From contig JBBIRS010000003.1 in the NCBI GenBank assembly GCA_037441675.1, positions 32,001-96,000 on the forward strand: a DNA stretch of 64,000 nucleotides, given 5' to 3'. Of the stretch, positions 17,201 through 26,898 are shown in pieces; the stretch's first letter is position 1, and every line of letters starts with the position of its first letter. This DNA is from Planctomycetales bacterium. Its GTDB lineage: Bacteria > 4484-113. The position numbers were made by a program, and so were the translations under genes. The notes under the pieces were generated by a model. The model saw only the letters and a program-made list of their open reading frames with translations. It did no database searches and was not told where the DNA came from.

Positions 17201-19537
17201 ATGATTGAAACATTCAAAAAGAGTCGCAAATGCGAAAAATATCCAAGCCAGAGGCAAGCCCATCAGGCTAGCCTTGTCAGTATCGCCATTGTAGGATATC
17301 CCAATGCGGGGAAATCAACTCTGTTTTCAGCATTATCAGGCTCAATGGCGCATTCCGCCAACTATCCAGGAACGACAGTGGACATTTCTGAAGCACGTTT
17401 CTCCATTGGTGAGCGCAACTTTATTATCTATGACCTTCCCGGTATGGTTTCCACTCTTCCGCAGAGCGAAGATGAGCGAGTTTGCAGGGATTTTCTCTTT
17501 CAAAGCAACCCTGACATCGTTCTGCAGATTCTTAACGCAGGAAGCCTTTCAAAAGACCTCTACTTAACTCTTGAACTTATGGAGTACGGTTATTCTCCAC
17601 TGTTGGTCATTAACAAGGCGGACATCTCAGAGGCAACGGGAATAATGATAAATAAGGAACTTTTGGAGAAAAGATTCGGCTTGCCTGTGTTTGTCGTCAA
17701 CGCGGTTAATCACGAAACTCTACTTGAACTAAAGAATCACTTGGCGGAATACGATTTGACAAGGTTTAGGAGAAGCCCAACACCAAGGCTCTTTGTGAAT
17801 TATGGGATTCTGAGTGATTATATGAACGAAGCGGAGGAGATAATTAGGAGGAGCGGAGTGGATGGTGGTTTTGCGAGATTAAAAGCCATTGAGCTGTTGC
17901 GAACTATCGCAGAGGATGGAGAAAAAAATGTGGTCAGGGGAAAAGTTAAAAGAGAGATAAAGGAGATGGCAAATGCCGCTAGGCTAGAAACGCTGATAGA
18001 AATGGTATGGAGAAGATGCAAGAGGGAGATGAATGCGCCACCAGTTGCTCTTGTGGCAGAGGCAAGGCACGCTCTCATAAGGGGGATTCTTTCTGGGGTT
18101 GTGAAGACGCAGGAGGGTGGTCAAGTTGGAGCGAAAGAAAGCGAAAAACCACTAGAGATGGGCACAGGCGAGGAGATTAGCGAGCCTGAGCGGATTGCTA
18201 AAACCACCGCATCCACTAAGTTTTTGTCCTTCCAGGAGAGCCTTGACCGAATCGCCCTTCATCCGGTACTGGGCATCGCGCTATTTTTCCTCGTGATGTG
18301 GGTGACGTTTCAGGTAACCTTTGCGGTTGGCTTTCCGCTCTCTGATTTGGTGAGCCAAGGCTTTAATTTCGTCGGCGAAATGATAAAAGGTTGGATTGTT
18401 GGAATGCCGATGCTTGCATCATTGCTCGCGGATGGAATTTTTGGTGGTGTGGGAGCTGTGCTTTCTTTTGCACCACTCATCCTTGTTCTATTTTTCGCTA
18501 TTTCTTTGCTTGAGGATAGCGGATATTTGGCGAGAGGCGTGATTTTGATGGATGGTGCGCTTCGAAGGTTTGGGCTTTCGGGTAGGTCTTTCGTGCCAAT
18601 GTTTCTCGCCTTTGGTTGCAATGTGCCCGGCGTGCTTGCTGCAAGAACCATTCCGAATACTAGAGAAAGAATCTTTACCATTTTGGCTCTGCCTTTTATG
18701 AGCTGTTCCGCCAGGCTTCCCGTTTACCTTCTACTAATCGCAGGATTTTTTGACCGAAGAATAGCGGGAACCATCTTGTTCCTAATCTATCTATTGGGGA
18801 TAATCTCCGCACTATTGCTATCCTCAATACTGAAAACCTCAGTCCGAAGGGGTAGAGATACTCTTGTCGCGCTGGAACTTCCCAATTATCAAGTGCCAAG
18901 ATTGAGAGGTTCGCTATTGAGTTCCTGGCGACAGGCACGGCATTACTTTATGAAGGCGGGAACTATCATATTCGCCATCTCAGTTTTGATGTGGGCGCTG
19001 TTTGCTTTTCCCACGCAAAAGGATTTTAGCTTGAACGGTAGAGCGGTGGCGGTTGAGGTGGATGGCTTTGATAATGGTTTGACTGAAAGCGGTAGCGCCG
19101 ATTCTCCTTTCAGCGGAAGAAATCTGAGTGAGGAAAGCAAAATATCAAAATCCTACGGTGGACGCCTAGGAAAAGCTCTTGAGCCTATCTTTGCACCTTT
19201 GGGTTTTGATTATAGGATTGTTATGGCTTTAATCTCTGCGGGCTTCGCTAAGGAGATTTTCATTTCTACTCTTGCCACAATTTACAGCACGGAGAGCGAG
19301 AACAATGAAAAACTGCTGAGGGAACTTTCACGAAATAGTGGCTTGACAGCTCTAAGTGCGCTCGCCCTAATTGTTTTCATCCTCTTGTATATGCCCTGCC
19401 TTCCCACCGCAGTTACTATGTATAAGGAACTGAAGAGCCCGATTTGGTTTGGAGTTGGTGTTGTGAGTTACTTTCTGATTGCATACGGTTTTGCGCTCAG
19501 CGTAATTTTAGTGGGAGGTCTATTGGGGCTGAAATGA
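17201..19537 (+). CDS. feoB: ferrous iron transport protein B
   Basis: G1 GYPNAGKST, G2 NYPGTTV, G3 DLPG, G4 NKAD, LEDSGYLAR, FGCNVP, MSCSARLP, LYMPC; ATG 17201 (ORF track opens 17186). Confidence 0.97.
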   Translation: MIETFKKSRKCEKYPSQRQAHQASLVSIAIVGYPNAGKSTLFSALSGSMAHSANYPGTTVDISEARFSIGERNFIIYDLPGMVSTLPQSEDERVCRDFLFQSNPDIVLQILNAGSLSKDLYLTLELMEYGYSPLLVINKADISEATGIMINKELLEKRFGLPVFVVNAVNHETLLELKNHLAEYDLTRFRRSPTPRLFVNYGILSDYMNEAEEIIRRSGVDGGFARLKAIELLRTIAEDGEKNVVRGKVKREIKEMANAARLETLIEMVWRRCKREMNAPPVALVAEARHALIRGILSGVVKTQEGGQVGAKESEKPLEMGTGEEISEPERIAKTTASTKFLSFQESLDRIALHPVLGIALFFLVMWVTFQVTFAVGFPLSDLVSQGFNFVGEMIKGWIVGMPMLASLLADGIFGGVGAVLSFAPLILVLFFAISLLEDSGYLARGVILMDGALRRFGLSGRSFVPMFLAFGCNVPGVLAARTIPNTRERIFTILALPFMSCSARLPVYLLLIAGFFDRRIAGTILFLIYLLGIISALLLSSILKTSVRRGRDTLVALELPNYQVPRLRGSLLSSWRQARHYFMKAGTIIFAISVLMWALFAFPTQKDFSLNGRAVAVEVDGFDNGLTESGSADSPFSGRNLSEESKISKSYGGRLGKALEPIFAPLGFDYRIVMALISAGFAKEIFISTLATIYSTESENNEKLLRELSRNSGLTALSALALIVFILLYMPCLPTAVTMYKELKSPIWFGVGVVSYFLIAYGFALSVILVGGLLGLK

Positions 19538-19698
19538 TTGAGGCAATTATACTGGGAGGTTTTATTCTGTTGGCTTTGGTGGTTTCCCTAAATCACATCC
19601 GCGCCATCGCGAGAGGGGGGAACTGCCACTTCTGCGCTCAAAAGCGTAAGTACTCTTGCCACGCGCGGGGGGTAACTTCCCAAAAGATCGATAGATGA
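19534..19698 (+). CDS. FeoB-associated Cys-rich small membrane protein
   Basis: ATGA overlap with feoB stop; MIEAIILGGFILLALVVSL TM followed by GGNCHFC...C. Confidence 0.75.
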   Translation: MIEAIILGGFILLALVVSLNHIRAIARGGNCHFCAQKRKYSCHARGVTSQKIDR

Positions 19699-19707
19699 AA
19701 AAGCCAT

Positions 19708-19763
19708 TCACGCCGGAGGACGGGCGTGATCCAAATTTTTGTGCAAGACCCCCGCACTACAGG
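19708..19763. repeat. REP-like repeat between convergent genes
   Basis: CACGCC-ggaggacg-GGCGTG hairpin; 30 bp identity with 49-78; ends GCACTACAGG. Confidence 0.75.
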
Positions 19764-20881
19764 AAGGAAAGTAGCTCTTTCAGCTCTTCTTCGGTGTTCC
19801 AGAAATGGGGACTGACCCGGATAGCGCCCTCACGATACGAAACAACTATCTTACTTCTTTCTAATTTTTCAAATAGAGTTTTAGCTTCTTTACAGTTAAA
19901 GGTGACAATCCCTGCTCTTTTGTTCGGGGGAGTAGGCGTTAGTATATTGACTGGCAGTTCCGAAAGTTGGGTGATAAAGCTGGACGTCAGAGTTTCAATC
20001 TTGTTCCATATAAAATCAACGCCAAGCTCATTAAGCATATGAACCGCGCTTATAAGTCCATAGATTAAGGAAAAGGCGGGACTTGCGATTTCAAATCGCC
20101 TGGCATCAGAGTGAAGCTTCGTGTCGCGCCTCAGGAAACCTTCCCAATCTATCTCATGACCGTACCAGCCGTGAAAATACGGAACTAGCTTTTGAGCATT
20201 TCCAGAAACGTAAAGAAACCCAATACCCACCGGACACATCATCCACTTTGCTCCGTGAGTTGCAAGAAAATCAATGGAAAGCTCACATACGTTAATCGGG
20301 AGACAGCCGATGCCCTGCATACCATCAACGAGAAGGTAAAATTCTCTGCGTTTTTTCTCAGCTGATAATGCGCTTAGGTCAACACGAGCGCCTGAGAAAA
20401 AGCCGACCCAGGAAAGAGCTACAAGACGAGTGCGAGAATTTATCGCGGATAGAATAGCGCTAGTGAGGTCTTCACCCTGGGACATCTTCACGGGTACTAA
20501 CTTCGCCTTTTGGCGGAGGATGGAAGTTAAAGGCCAATAAAGGGAGGGAAACTCATCCGCCAAATAAATGACTTCATCATTCGGCTTAAAGGACATTGAG
20601 GAGAGGGCTCTGATGATGCCAGTGCTTGTGTTTGGCATTAGCGCAATTTCCTCTTTATTTGCGCCAATTAGCTTCGCGCACTCCTCCCGCGCAAGCTCCA
20701 TCTTCTCAAACCACTCCCATTGCGCCAGGCTTCCCCGCATCCTTTGTGTCTCAATTCCCTCCGCCACAGATGAAACTGTTTGGTCTGAAAGTGGCGAGAC
20801 TGAGGCATTGTTCAGATAGCGTATGCCCTGCCTTACAACCGCAAGAGAAGAGCGAAATTCTGTGATCAATGCATCATCCAT
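19757..20881 (-). CDS. class V PLP-dependent aminotransferase-fold enzyme
   Basis: YLNNAS.SP, NTS.G, EFPS, VDGMQG.G, HGAKWM PLP lysine, IRVSPHFWNT; no desulfurase catalytic Cys loop; ATG 20881 preferred (extended -10 lies 7 nt upstream). Confidence 0.88.
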   Translation of the reverse strand: MDDALITEFRSSLAVVRQGIRYLNNASVSPLSDQTVSSVAEGIETQRMRGSLAQWEWFEKMELAREECAKLIGANKEEIALMPNTSTGIIRALSSMSFKPNDEVIYLADEFPSLYWPLTSILRQKAKLVPVKMSQGEDLTSAILSAINSRTRLVALSWVGFFSGARVDLSALSAEKKRREFYLLVDGMQGIGCLPINVCELSIDFLATHGAKWMMCPVGIGFLYVSGNAQKLVPYFHGWYGHEIDWEGFLRRDTKLHSDARRFEIASPAFSLIYGLISAVHMLNELGVDFIWNKIETLTSSFITQLSELPVNILTPTPPNKRAGIVTFNCKEAKTLFEKLERSKIVVSYREGAIRVSPHFWNTEEELKELLSFL

Positions 20882-21023
20882 TCCTGCCAGTATAGCACTC
20901 ACTAATTGGCTCGTCTAAAAAGAAAAATTATCAACTATTATTTTTGTTGAAGGACGAAATTGATGCAATTTGAGAGACGTGAGATTTCGCGCAAATCATC
21001 TTCTGCTAAGATAGATAAGATTA

Positions 21024-22163
21024 GTGATGCGATACGGAACCCTTAGCAGGGATATATCTACTCTGCGGATAAAAAGAGTTGCAACAAGCACCTCTAAAAT
21101 TCCGCTTCCATCTTGGCATCTTGGCATCCCTCTTGCGCTTTCGCTTCTTGGTATTGTGCTTCTTTATTCGACTACTTATACCGGCACAATAATGCCATCA
21201 ACAAGAGTGCTGTTCCAAGTGGTTTGGCTAATTCTTGGTTTAATCGCATATAGAGTTGTGTCGCGACTTCACATCGGCACACGGCCAAGAAGCGTGCATC
21301 TCTTTTTCTGGCCCATTTGGGCTCTTTTAATCTCCACGCTAGTTATTGGTTTTGCGGTTCATGGCTCTTCAAGATGGTTGAAGTTAGGACCGGTGCAAGT
21401 CCAGCCCTCTGAGTTCGCTAAAGTTTTTGCGGTTTTCTTAATCGCCTACTTCTTTAGCGATTACACGAAGGGAGAAGAGTTGAAGCGCTTTCTCTCAGCA
21501 GGGGGTATCATTTTTGCCTTAGCCATCCCGATCTTTCAACAGCCTGATATGGGAACCGCTGTGGTCTTTATCGTTTTATTTCTAACCATAATCGCTGTGA
21601 AACCGCTTCCTAATAGATATCTCTTTGCGATACTGATTGGGTTAACTCTAATCGCACTGCCGGGATGGATTGCACTCAAGGACTACCAAAAGGAAAGGAT
21701 AATTAGCTTTTTTCAACCGGGCAAAGACCCACTCGGTTCTGGCTACCACGTTAATCAAAGCAAGATAGCCATTGGTTCAGGCGGTCTTTATGGCAAGGGG
21801 TTCCTTCACGGAACCCAAACTCAAGGGCAGTTCATTCCAGTGCAAGCCGCTGACTTCATCTTTGCCACTCTCGGCGAAGAGTGGGGATTTGTGGGCGTTA
21901 TTTCTGCGCTTTCACTCTATCTCGTTTTCTTCCTGAAGGGATTTTCCCTAGCAAGACGGGTTAAGTCTGAATACTGCCGATTGATTATACTTGGCATTAT
22001 CTCCGTTCTTTTCTTTCAGATGTTCATAAATATTGGTATGACGATTGGCATAACCCCAGTTACCGGTCTTCCTCTGCCCTTTTTATCTTACGGCGGAAGT
22101 AGCATGCTGACGGTTTGGACATTCTGCGGAATGCTTGCAAGCTTGGATAGGTTCAACAGGTGA
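21024..22163 (+). CDS. rodA: SEDS peptidoglycan glycosyltransferase RodA
   Basis: SSRWL.LG..VQPSEFAK, QPDMGT, LKDYQKERI..F..PGKDPLGSGYH..QS.IAIGSGG, DFIFA.LGEEWG, PVTGLPLPFLSYGGSS. Confidence 0.93.
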   Translation: MMRYGTLSRDISTLRIKRVATSTSKIPLPSWHLGIPLALSLLGIVLLYSTTYTGTIMPSTRVLFQVVWLILGLIAYRVVSRLHIGTRPRSVHLFFWPIWALLISTLVIGFAVHGSSRWLKLGPVQVQPSEFAKVFAVFLIAYFFSDYTKGEELKRFLSAGGIIFALAIPIFQQPDMGTAVVFIVLFLTIIAVKPLPNRYLFAILIGLTLIALPGWIALKDYQKERIISFFQPGKDPLGSGYHVNQSKIAIGSGGLYGKGFLHGTQTQGQFIPVQAADFIFATLGEEWGFVGVISALSLYLVFFLKGFSLARRVKSEYCRLIILGIISVLFFQMFINIGMTIGITPVTGLPLPFLSYGGSSMLTVWTFCGMLASLDRFNR

Positions 22164-22344
22164 TTGTGCATCATTCAGGAGCGATAATTCAGAAGCAATA
22201 ATTGCATAAATTAGAGATGGTGTGGTTAGAAGAGGATGGTGTATAAGAAGAATGATTCATCTCCGAGTTTTAGAATATACGAGTTTTAGCACGGGCGATT
22301 GTAACAATAACAGGCTGACAGGGCTGAACGAAAAGTGGAAAATG

Positions 22345-22462
22345 CGGGGGGGAGGCAAGCTCTCTGCCATCCAGAGCGCAGGTGCAGTGCGGAGACATGT
22401 GCCCTGCCAAGAGGAATGGGATCAAGGCGCCTCACAGGTGGTCCACCTACAGGGCGCACAGG
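22345..22462. repeat. degenerate REP-like cluster between convergent rodA and pyrE
   Basis: GGCAAGCTC, cacaggtggtccacCTACAGgg and cgcacagg segments shared with the other REP loci. Confidence 0.55.
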
Positions 22463-22993
22463 TTAGAAGCCGAGTTCGGTTCGTGTAAAGAGCGCGGTAA
22501 AGCTAATTCCATTTGATGAAAAGGCATCTTCGGAGCCTTCCATTCTGTCAAGCACCGCAAGAACGCCAACAACATTCAGATTGAAATTCTCCCTGAGTCG
22601 TTTAACCATATCAACCGCTTGTCCTCCAGTGGTTACAACGTCCTCAACAAGAAGAACGTTATCTTTAGGCTCATAAACTCCTTCCACCATCTTCTCGGTT
22701 CCATAACCCTTCGCGGATTTGCGGATAAATATGCAGGGAATATCTGTATCAAGGCTGAGGGCAACTGTTATTGGAATACCGCCAAGCTCAACGCCTGCTA
22801 GACGATCAACATCTTCCGGAACTAGCCTTGCCAGATGGTGCGCAACACTTTTCAAAATTTGTGGGTATCCCTCAAAGAGATATTTGTCCAAATAATACTT
22901 GCTCTTCTTCCCGCTTCTGAGCACAAAGTCTCCCTCAAGCAACGCAACCTCTTTAATCTTTTGAATCAACTCCTTCTTCGTGTAATAACGCAT
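22463..22993 (-). CDS. pyrE: orotate phosphoribosyltransferase
   Basis: GDFVLRSGKKSKYY.DK, GVELGG, IRK..K.YGT, VEDVVTTG PRPP motif. Confidence 0.95.
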   Translation of the reverse strand: MRYYTKKELIQKIKEVALLEGDFVLRSGKKSKYYLDKYLFEGYPQILKSVAHHLARLVPEDVDRLAGVELGGIPITVALSLDTDIPCIFIRKSAKGYGTEKMVEGVYEPKDNVLLVEDVVTTGGQAVDMVKRLRENFNLNVVGVLAVLDRMEGSEDAFSSNGISFTALFTRTELGF

Positions 22994-23047
22994 ATCTCGT
23001 CCCTTGGCATTATAACATTACTTCGCTCTTTAAGGTAATATAAATAA

Positions 23048-24160
23048 GTGCCATTGGTAACGAAAAGTTTTCAGTCGAAAGGACAGAGCCTGAAGGCTAT
23101 TCTAAATTTTGCAGATAAGGCAAAGTACTTTGCGCGACTAGAGGACGCAGGCGAAGTTAAACGGACAAGGTGCACCCTCTGTCCAAGACTCTGCATAATC
23201 CGAGAAGGCTCCTTTGGCTATTGCGGTGTTCGCGGAACCTTTGATGGCGAATTAAAAACTTTCATATATGGAAGACCATCCTCCTTCGCAGTTGACCCAA
23301 TTGAGAAAAAGCCACTATACCACTTTTATCCAACATCTTTAGTTCTCTCAATGGGAACAATTGGCTGTAACATGCGTTGCAAGCACTGCCAAAACTGGAC
23401 GATAAGCTTTGCTAAGTATCAGGAGGATTACCACCTTCTCAGTGAAAAGAAGGTTTCAGCGGAGCATATCATCAGGTTATGCCAAGAGTACGGTGCATCG
23501 GGAGTTTCCTTTACCTATAACGAGCCAACAATTTGGATTGAGTACGTGCTTGACATATTTGAGAAGGTCAAGAAAACTACGAACCTATACACGGTCGCGG
23601 TTACAAACGCTTTCATAACACTAGAGCCTCTGCGCGATTTATTAAAGGTAACAGATGCTTATAGAGCAGACCTCAAGACCATTCGCACAAGGAATATGAT
23701 TAGATTAACGCAGTACAATAAACCTGAAACTGTGCTAGATGCGATTGCCTTTGCAGCAAAGGCTGATACCCACTTAGAGGTGGTTACAAACCTGATAACG
23801 AATTGGAATGACAGCGAGGAAGAGGTTAGGGAAATGTCTTCTTGGATGCGAGACAACGTTCCAGACACTACCCCTTGGCATTTCACACGATACTTTCCCT
23901 ACCTAGAGATGCGAGAACCGCCAACGCCTCTATCAACATTGCAAAGGTCTGCCCAAATTGCAAGAGATTACGGCTTTAAGTATGTTTACATAGGTAATGC
24001 GCCTGAAGTGGATGACAATACTTACTGCCCATCATGCGGAAATGAGATCGTAAAAAGACGAGGTTATAGCGTTAGGCTTTTAACCTCGGATGGTAGGTGT
24101 TCCAAATGTCAGAAGCTTATTCCCTTCACCGGGCTAGGAACACAAGCGGTTTCCAGTTAA
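23048..24160 (+). CDS. amrS: AmmeMemoRadiSam system radical SAM enzyme
   Basis: CTLCPRLC, G.CGVR, DPIEKKPLYHFYP, GCNMRCKHCQNW.IS, FTYNEP, PWHFTRYFP, YVYIGN, C-terminal CPSC/CSKC. Confidence 0.9.
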   Translation: MPLVTKSFQSKGQSLKAILNFADKAKYFARLEDAGEVKRTRCTLCPRLCIIREGSFGYCGVRGTFDGELKTFIYGRPSSFAVDPIEKKPLYHFYPTSLVLSMGTIGCNMRCKHCQNWTISFAKYQEDYHLLSEKKVSAEHIIRLCQEYGASGVSFTYNEPTIWIEYVLDIFEKVKKTTNLYTVAVTNAFITLEPLRDLLKVTDAYRADLKTIRTRNMIRLTQYNKPETVLDAIAFAAKADTHLEVVTNLITNWNDSEEEVREMSSWMRDNVPDTTPWHFTRYFPYLEMREPPTPLSTLQRSAQIARDYGFKYVYIGNAPEVDDNTYCPSCGNEIVKRRGYSVRLLTSDGRCSKCQKLIPFTGLGTQAVSS

Positions 24161-25257
24161 ATATAATCCGCTAGGGTTTCTTCTGGATGATTTCCTATTT
24201 GTATTTCAAATTCTCTATACTGACCCTGACGAATAACTCCAAAAACAAGAATCTGGTTTCTCTCAGAGTTAAAGACTATTCTTTCTAGTTCTCCAATGGT
24301 CTTCACTAGATTTCCGTCAACCTTCAGGATGAAGTCCTGTTTTCTAAGACCAGCATCATAGGCGGGACTTCCCTCCCAAACGTCAGATATCGCCACCCCA
24401 ACATCCCAGTATTCGTCAGGTAACCCCATATACATTCTAAATGTGTTATCAACGTTTGTGAATGGAAGAATTCCCAACCATGGACGGAAGGCGGGCTTCT
24501 TATCCTTAATCATTTGAGGATACAGGCGTTTGAGTAGATTTGAAGGAAGATAAAACGTAACATTTTGCAAATATCCTCTTCCTCCGGACATTGCTCTAAC
24601 CGCGTGGATTCCGATAACTTCGCCGTTTGCGTTGAAGAGCGGACTTCCTTGATTACCAACGTTGACGACTACGTCTGACTGAATCATATCCTGAACCAAT
24701 TGCCCACTGGGAAGGCGAACCGCCCTTATGGCGGAAACTATTCCGTAAGAAACGGTGGTTCCATAACCTCCAGCGCTACCAACGACCACAACTGAATCTC
24801 CCTGCTTAACTTTGTCGCTATTCCCAAACTTTACGGGCACAAGGTTTTTGGGAGGGTTCTTCAACTTCAAGAGGGCAAGTCCCCATCCTTTGTCAAGGAC
24901 GAGAATATCCGCCTCTCCTTTAGAGCCATCTGCAAAGGTTACTTCAACAACATCCGCGCCACCAACCTCAGATTCGGAAGAAAGAATGTGACCTTCCTTG
25001 TCAAGAATAAATCCACTGGCGAAATTCCGCACCAACTGGTGCATCCTTTGCTCCCCTCCAATGGCAACTCCTGGCGCGACCTGTGCACCACCCAACCTCA
25101 TTGAGGCGTAGCCTAATTTAACGGATTCTAGGGTGACAACGCTCTTGCTTACTTTTTTAGCTACCTCCTCCGCGACGAAAGCTGAACGTGCAGTTTCTAC
25201 ATGACTAATCAAAATAAAACCAATTGACAATCCAAGAATTATTAAAAGCTTTTTCAT
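24157..25257 (-). CDS. HtrA/DegP-like S1C + PDZ protein lacking catalytic triad (pseudoprotease)
   Basis: Signal peptide, GAGGTG SD; ASGFIL, GNSD.VKQGD, G.VSA, IQSD, PDZ (WLGI, GSPA..AGL) present, but TNxHV is SSESEV, DxA is GLA and GNSGGP is GNQGSP. Confidence 0.88.
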   Translation of the reverse strand: MKKLLIILGLSIGFILISHVETARSAFVAEEVAKKVSKSVVTLESVKLGYASMRLGGAQVAPGVAIGGEQRMHQLVRNFASGFILDKEGHILSSESEVGGADVVEVTFADGSKGEADILVLDKGWGLALLKLKNPPKNLVPVKFGNSDKVKQGDSVVVVGSAGGYGTTVSYGIVSAIRAVRLPSGQLVQDMIQSDVVVNVGNQGSPLFNANGEVIGIHAVRAMSGGRGYLQNVTFYLPSNLLKRLYPQMIKDKKPAFRPWLGILPFTNVDNTFRMYMGLPDEYWDVGVAISDVWEGSPAYDAGLRKQDFILKVDGNLVKTIGELERIVFNSERNQILVFGVIRQGQYREFEIQIGNHPEETLADYI

Positions 25258-25394
25258 TTTTCACCTCATAGATCTTAAGTAAAACTAGAGCGATTAAGCC
25301 AGCCAAAAATCCATTTCTCAATCTATCACTCCCTGGCGTGGAATAAGGTAGCACGCCTGGCGAGAATACCTCCAACAGTTTGAAAATGTTCATG

Positions 25395-25473
25395 GCGGGT
25401 ACAAGCCCCCTTCAGGGTGAACCCGTCCTACAGGGGGCAAGCTCGCCGAATGCGAACAAGCCCTTCGCCCACT
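25395..25473. repeat. REP-like cluster between two HtrA paralogs
   Basis: gtgaacccgtcCTACAGggggcaagctcgccga matches motifs at 74-104 and the reverse complement of 29922-29960. Confidence 0.65.
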
Positions 25474-25510
25474 AAAATTTTCTGAGGGCGCAATGCCCAA
25501 TTTAAACGCA

Positions 25511-26716
25511 CTATACGGAGAAATTAAATACCCACTGTGGCTTTGGCTCAGTATAGAGTGTTACGCTTAGAGTATAACGTCCACGTTTAATTAGGAGGTC
25601 ATAGCGCTCGCCGATTTTGCCCTCAAGAACGTCAGCTCGGAAATCCTCTGGCATTTTGTAAGTTTTACCCTTAACGAGGAGAATCTCGTCTCCCTTAAGA
25701 AGTCCAGCCCTTTCCGCGGGCGAGCTTTTTTCAACTCCGTAAATGTGAAGACCAGGTTTTCTAAATCGCTCCTTAAACTCAATGTAACCTTCAAGGTCGT
25801 TAATGTTCGGCGGGAAAACCACATGAATACCAAGCCAAGGAACTTCATGACGCCTGTTTTCCAAAACATCGGAGATGAATTTCTTGACGTAGTTAATCGG
25901 CACTGCACCGTTACTTTGCTGGTCAAGTATCCAGCTTCCACCCCAAGTGTTTACGCCAATCACTTCGCCGTACTTATTAAAGCTAGGACCACCTGAGTTG
26001 CCTCCACTGATCGGAACCTGCATTCTGAAAATGTATGGCAACTTTGTTGCGTAATCCAGTCCAAGCCCACTCCGCCAGTTGCTCCATCCGTACATCTGAA
26101 AGTCCATTGTGGTGTCTCTACCTGTAATCACGCGCATTGTGGCGGTTGCCCTGAGTCCCCAGGTCTCAAGCCAATCGCTTCTCTCAACGTTTTGCCCCTG
26201 CGTTGAGCCAGGGCTTCCCATCGCAAGTGCAAGATCGCCGGGTTTTACAAGATCAGAATCTCCTAGCGTTACCGGAAAAAGCTTTTCCTTCGGCACGTCG
26301 TGTATTTGAATTAGGGCTATATCATAGCCTGGTGCGCCAGCAACAAGACTAGCCCGATATTTGCTCTGATCCCAAAATACGACCTGCAGCATAGCTGAGT
26401 CGCCGGCAACGTGAAAGTTCGTGATTGCGTGACCGTCTTTGTCAATTATGAACCCAGAACCAAGCGCAAGGCCAGTATCCCTTGTGGCAAACGGATCAGC
26501 GCTTGATATGGTGTGCACGACTATCACTCCGCGCTTAACCTTCTCAATAAGCTCCGGCACGTTCACTGGCGTTTCCCTCTCAATCTGAGAAGTAGATGTA
26601 TCTTGATCCTGCGCGGAAACCATTTGCGAACCTAAACTTATGCCAATTATTACCATTAAAAGGGTAATGCCTAATAGGGTAAATTCTCTAAACATTGTGG
26701 CTTTTTGTCCAATCAT
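25511..26716 (-). CDS. HtrA/DegP-family serine protease (S1C + one PDZ), catalytically intact
   Basis: Signal peptide; LGSGFII, TNFHV (His), YDIAL (Asp), GGNSGGP (Ser), PWLGI, SPAERAGL. Confidence 0.92.
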   Translation of the reverse strand: MIGQKATMFREFTLLGITLLMVIIGISLGSQMVSAQDQDTSTSQIERETPVNVPELIEKVKRGVIVVHTISSADPFATRDTGLALGSGFIIDKDGHAITNFHVAGDSAMLQVVFWDQSKYRASLVAGAPGYDIALIQIHDVPKEKLFPVTLGDSDLVKPGDLALAMGSPGSTQGQNVERSDWLETWGLRATATMRVITGRDTTMDFQMYGWSNWRSGLGLDYATKLPYIFRMQVPISGGNSGGPSFNKYGEVIGVNTWGGSWILDQQSNGAVPINYVKKFISDVLENRRHEVPWLGIHVVFPPNINDLEGYIEFKERFRKPGLHIYGVEKSSPAERAGLLKGDEILLVKGKTYKMPEDFRADVLEGKIGERYDLLIKRGRYTLSVTLYTEPKPQWVFNFSV

Positions 26717-26898
26717 CCTTCGTTTTCTCCCTTCTCTAGAATTAAATGCACGAACTAATTATATTCTATCACAAAATTTATTTGTAGTGATAGCCTTTTA
26801 ATTCCTGCGAAAAACCGCAATTAAGCTAGATTAAACTAAAATGAGTAATTTATGTAATGAGAATATTGCACATTGGTATCACCTCCTTTGTTTGATCT

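Noticed and set aside
19534..19810. UGA selenocysteine readthrough of the FeoB-associated Cys-rich peptide
   Set aside because: Peptide is a normal length at the TGA; the downstream hairpin belongs to the REP-associated repeat and the extension would run into a convergent gene.
19757..20881. Selenocysteine lyase or cysteine desulfurase call for the class V enzyme
   Set aside because: The C-terminal catalytic Cys loop (SSGSAC or RxGxHC) is absent (VSYREGAIRVS).
26876..26890. 16S rRNA 3' end (ATCACCTCCTTT)
   Set aside because: Only 12 nt match, in AT-rich intergenic DNA with no upstream rRNA helices; better read as an SD on the minus strand or an anti-SD seed.
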